DNA of 63,215 nucleotides, filler included, from Chlamydiia bacterium (GTDB lineage Bacteria; Chlamydiota; Chlamydiia; Chlamydiales; FEN-1388): NCBI GenBank assembly GCA_903848235.1. It is 11 parts of 11 records of this genome, joined end to end, with 100 filler letters (N's around TTAATTAATTAA, not from the genome) between each part and the next. Parts side by side here need not be neighbours in the genome. Positions count along the whole stretch, not along the records: positions 49,067 to 59,935 come from CAINFV010000080.1; positions 60,036 to 63,215 come from CAINFV010000081.1; 9 more parts are not named here. One strand, 5' to 3'. Shown piece by piece: positions 59,934 to 63,215 of this stretch (position 1 is its first letter; each line of letters starts with the position of its first letter). The notes under the pieces were generated by a model. It saw only the letters and a program-made list of their open reading frames with translations, ran no database searches and was not told where the DNA came from. The position numbers and the translations under genes were made by a program.

Positions 59934-60450
59934 AANNNNNNNNNNNNNNNNNNNNNNNNNNNNNNNNNNNNNNNNNNNNTTAATTAATTAANNNNNNNNN
60001 NNNNNNNNNNNNNNNNNNNNNNNNNNNNNNNNNNNAAATTGAGATTTCCCGGGTTGTGAGGGCCCGCACGCAATCCCCAGCCAAACTGGCACGAATTATT
60101 CCGGGTAGGCCGGCCAGTCGGTCGAGTACCGTCAAAAGAGATCCGGCCTGGTTGGCAGTTTCCGCTTATATCAACTTTTGTCCCCCAATCAGCAAGTGCG
60201 ACTGCCTCAATCCATTAAAAAGGATTTTCAGATCTTTTTGAGACGCTTGAAAAATAATGGACCGATTGATTGCAAAGCCCTTGGTTTATCTCACATATCT
60301 AGCGATCGGATTATAGACACACTTGAGGGGATTTACGGCCTGAAGGAGTTGGTTGAAGGCCGAGCCTAAATCAGTCCATGCAAAATCCGACTCGTACTGC
60401 ATAATCTGAGCACTCGCAAGCCAGAGATACTCTACTATTGATTATCAAAA

Positions 60451-60503
60451 TGCTCGGGGCCGGACTCGAACCGGCACGGGGTTGCCCCCAGGGGATTTTA
60501 AGT
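60451..60503 (-). other. 3' half of tRNA-Leu(TAA); probable att site
   Basis: Reverse complement ACTTAAAATCCCCTGGGGGCAACCCCGTGCCGGTTCGAGTCCGGCCCCGAGCA; D-arm and 5' acceptor strand missing. Confidence 0.8.
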
Positions 60504-61099
60504 TCGAAGTCCCTTCAGAACATCACGTACTACTGCCTGACAACACAGAGAGAAAGATACTCATCCTCCAAAAATAAAATCATCAGAAATTACCGGAAAT
60601 CATGCGGGATCGTGCGATGTACTGGACCAAAAGTGGACCACAAAATGGTAAGCGTCAAGGATAGCCATATTCCATCCTGACCGCCCTCCCTGTATTTTTC
60701 CTCCCTAAGCAGCCACAAAGAAGGAGGATTGCATGACAGACAACAAAGAGCTCGCAGCTACTCCGACACCCGTCAACAATACGGTAGAGAGGAAGATGAT
60801 CCGCAAATTTTTGAGTCATAATGTGAGCCAGAAAGCTCTCGTACAGCCATGCATCTAATGACTATTGCTAAAAACTGCATTCAGCCCAGGGATTGTAGGC
60901 CTGCATCCGCTCTCGACCTCAAAACCCTGGGGCCACTCCCTACTAGGCAATCAACATGGAAGTAATGGACTTCCTAGTTCTTCCGTGTTAAATTCCGAGT
61001 TAAGGATGCATGAGTTACGCCACGCGCTGTCTCAATTTGTGGCTGTGTGTCGCATATCGATTGATGCAGAACAAACTTCGAAAGGGGACATTTGAGGCA

Positions 61100-62453
61100 T
61101 ATGCTAGAGAACTATTTTTCGCGATCTGAGGGAAAAACACTCGAGTTTAAGGAAAACACGAATGCCCTGCAGGGGATTGTCAAGACTGTGATAGCGTTTG
61201 CTAATACTGCAGGTGGGACCATTTTGATTGGTGTGCGGGATAAAAACAAAGAACTCATCGGTGTTGCAGATTCTTTACAAGAAGAAGAAAGGCTTGCATC
61301 CGTTATTGCTGACAGTGTAGCACCTCTTCTTGTGCCGGACATTGAGATTCACACGTACAGAGATAAGGAAATTATATTAATTCATGTTCCGCATGCGGCA
61401 GGTCCTTATTATCATAAATCTGAAGGAATCGATCGAGGAACATATGTTCGATTTGGATCAACAAATAGAAAGGCGGATTCTGAAACGATTTCTGCTTTAA
61501 AACTTTTTTCCACAAATCGCACTTATGATGAGCTGTCTGAAACGAGAGGGGATATTGATTGGGAGTCGATCGAAACGGCGTTCGGATGGGTGCAAAAACA
61601 CCCGTCAGAAAAGACTTGTGAAACGTTAGGAATTTTCTCCTCGCATGCGGGGAAAATCTCTCCTACTGTTGGTGGGGTGTTATTATTCGGAAAAAATCGG
61701 GTAGAACTTCTGCCCGATTCAGTTATTCGATGCGCTCGGTTCTCTGGGATTTCGAAAGAAAAGATTTTAGACCATCAAGACATTAAAATTGGCCTGCCTT
61801 TTGCTATTGGCGAGGTCATCGCATTTATCGATAGAAATACTAGAATGGCTGGTAAAATAGGAAAAATATTTCGCGAAGATGTTCCAGAATATCCCCCATT
61901 TGCCATACGGGAAGCCGTGACGAATGCGCTACTGCACGCTGATTATTCGATGACAGGATGTCATATTCAGATTGCAATATTCGATAATCGAATAGAATTT
62001 ACGAATCCTGGTGGGCTACCTTTTGGTCAAACGTTGCAAAAAGCGTTGTCTGGATTTTCAAGATTGCGCAATCGGATAGTGGGACGGGTATTTCGAGAGT
62101 TGAATTTGATAGAGCAGTGGGGTTCCGGGCTTCAACGGATGCTTGCTGTGTGCGAACGTCAAGGGCTGAAAAAACCAGAAATTGAAGAAATGGGAAACCA
62201 ATTTCGAGTAACACTATTTTCTACTCATGTCAAAAAGGCTCGACTCTCCGCCTGGGAAGCGGTATTGATCGAAACTTTGCGAGATAAGGGCTCCATCACG
62301 CCTCAGGAGGTAACGAAATTATGGAAAGTAAGCTCTAGGAGTGCTCGACAACGGCTTAATAAGATGATGGAGGAGGGGTCTATCTTGCGTATTGCGACTT
62401 CTGCGAAGGACCCTCATTCACGCTTTATAGCAAAACAAAGTGCCTATGAGTGA
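61100..62453 (+). CDS. Schlafen/AlbA_2 + RecG-C-terminal (HATPase_c_4) + winged-helix protein
   Basis: EGKTLEFK, AFANTAGG.I.IGV.D, EYP..AIREAVTNAL.HADY, FDNRIEF.NPG, RN..........IEQWGSG; C-terminal HTH. Confidence 0.9.
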
Positions 62454-62699
62454 TTTGGGCCTTAGAGGTTTCTCTCAGCGCTGAAGAAATCATCGCAATA
62501 TTCCAGGTTCAGAAAGGGTACCGTAAAGATCCAGGAGCTAACCGCTCCCCACATGGCACTTCCCATCGGCGACTGAGGGAACACGGAAGCGATTGGCTTC
62601 CTAGCTCTTCCGTGTTGATTTCCGAGTTAACGTCCCACTTCTCAATGGCCTTTGGATCAATCTGGGTTGGCCAGCGCCTAAGTTGAAGGACATGCCAGG

Positions 62700-62777
62700 A
62701 TGGATACTCACGAGACAGACGTTCTTTTTGAGCTGATCTCTGAATGGTACGAGAGGAAGAGCATGATCGTTACCTGA
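62700..62777 (+). pseudogene. IS21 IstB remnant
   Basis: Manual translation ETDVLFELISEWYERKSMIVT* matches the IstB LFELIS.RYE..S.I.T motif. Confidence 0.65.
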
Positions 62778-63215
62778 CGGTCGCTGAGAGGCGATGTGGA
62801 GGTGCCAAGTCTCTATCAACGGACTGTTCAAAATCCCTCAGTTGGCGGAGGTAATTGCAACTCGTTCAGCCGCGCAGCCCTAGGCACCCTGACGGGTAGC
62901 GGGCCTTGCCTCAGCTTTATAAGAACCTGTCAAAACATTTAGGAATATTAGCCGCACGAAGTTTGTTGTCGTGAAAACATGGTAAGCGTCAACGGAACCC
63001 ATCTAGCGAAGAATTGAACCGATTAGTAGAGAGCCAATTAGGCTGAAGGCCTGCTAAGAGCCCATTGTTTTGGGAGGAGCTCCTGAAGTTTGTGAGAAGA
63101 GTGACCCATGAGGCGTCGCATTACGTCCTCGAGATACTCTCTCGGATTGATCTTCAGCGCTCGGCACGTTTGAACCAAGGACAAAATAACGGCTGCGGCC
63201 TCTCCACCTGCTTCG

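Noticed and set aside
60036..60369. Reading frame ending ...FRLYQLLSPNQQVRLPQSIKKDF...IYGL
   Set aside because: Looks like the 3' remnant of a disrupted gene, but it is too short and truncated to assign with support.

Overview
This window is not one locus. It is 11 short contigs joined by 100-nt artificial linkers (N-run, TTAATTAATTAA, N-run) at 11922-12021, 20202-20301, 24567-24666, 30647-30746, 34406-34505, 36993-37092, 42971-43070, 44640-44739, 48967-49066 and 59936-60035, so adjacency across linkers means nothing. Most contigs look like an environmental Chlamydiae (Chlamydiota) bin. They carry T3SS sctQ-pkn5, V-type ATPase D/I/K, an Mcsc-like T3SS chaperone with a large repeat effector, rnr, lpdA, mdh, epmB/kamA, a D-Ala-D-Ala carboxypeptidase, an M32 carboxypeptidase and two tRNA-Ser genes. 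Mobile DNA includes two IS701-like elements, both ends of an IS200/IS605-type tnpB element, a phage-satellite-like AlpA/helicase/primase contig with iterons, a tRNA-Leu att fragment and at least four families of short palindromic repeats (MITE/RPE-like). One contig (44740-48966) is a eukaryotic non-LTR retrotransposon, probably host or contaminant DNA. The most striking unexplained observations are: (i) two tandem signal-peptide kinases with a WNK-like displaced catalytic lysine, one also with a Tyr-kinase-like HRDLGARN loop, flanked by MITEs; (ii) a chaperone-effector pair whose effector carries nine unfamiliar ~70-aa repeats; (iii) a conserved helical domain shared by three Pro-rich putative effectors; (iv) a shared His/Lys-rich C-terminal domain on three secreted beta-propeller proteins; and (v) a MITE family whose ends match the resident IS701-like element. 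All family calls come from motif recognition by eye; no database searches were run.
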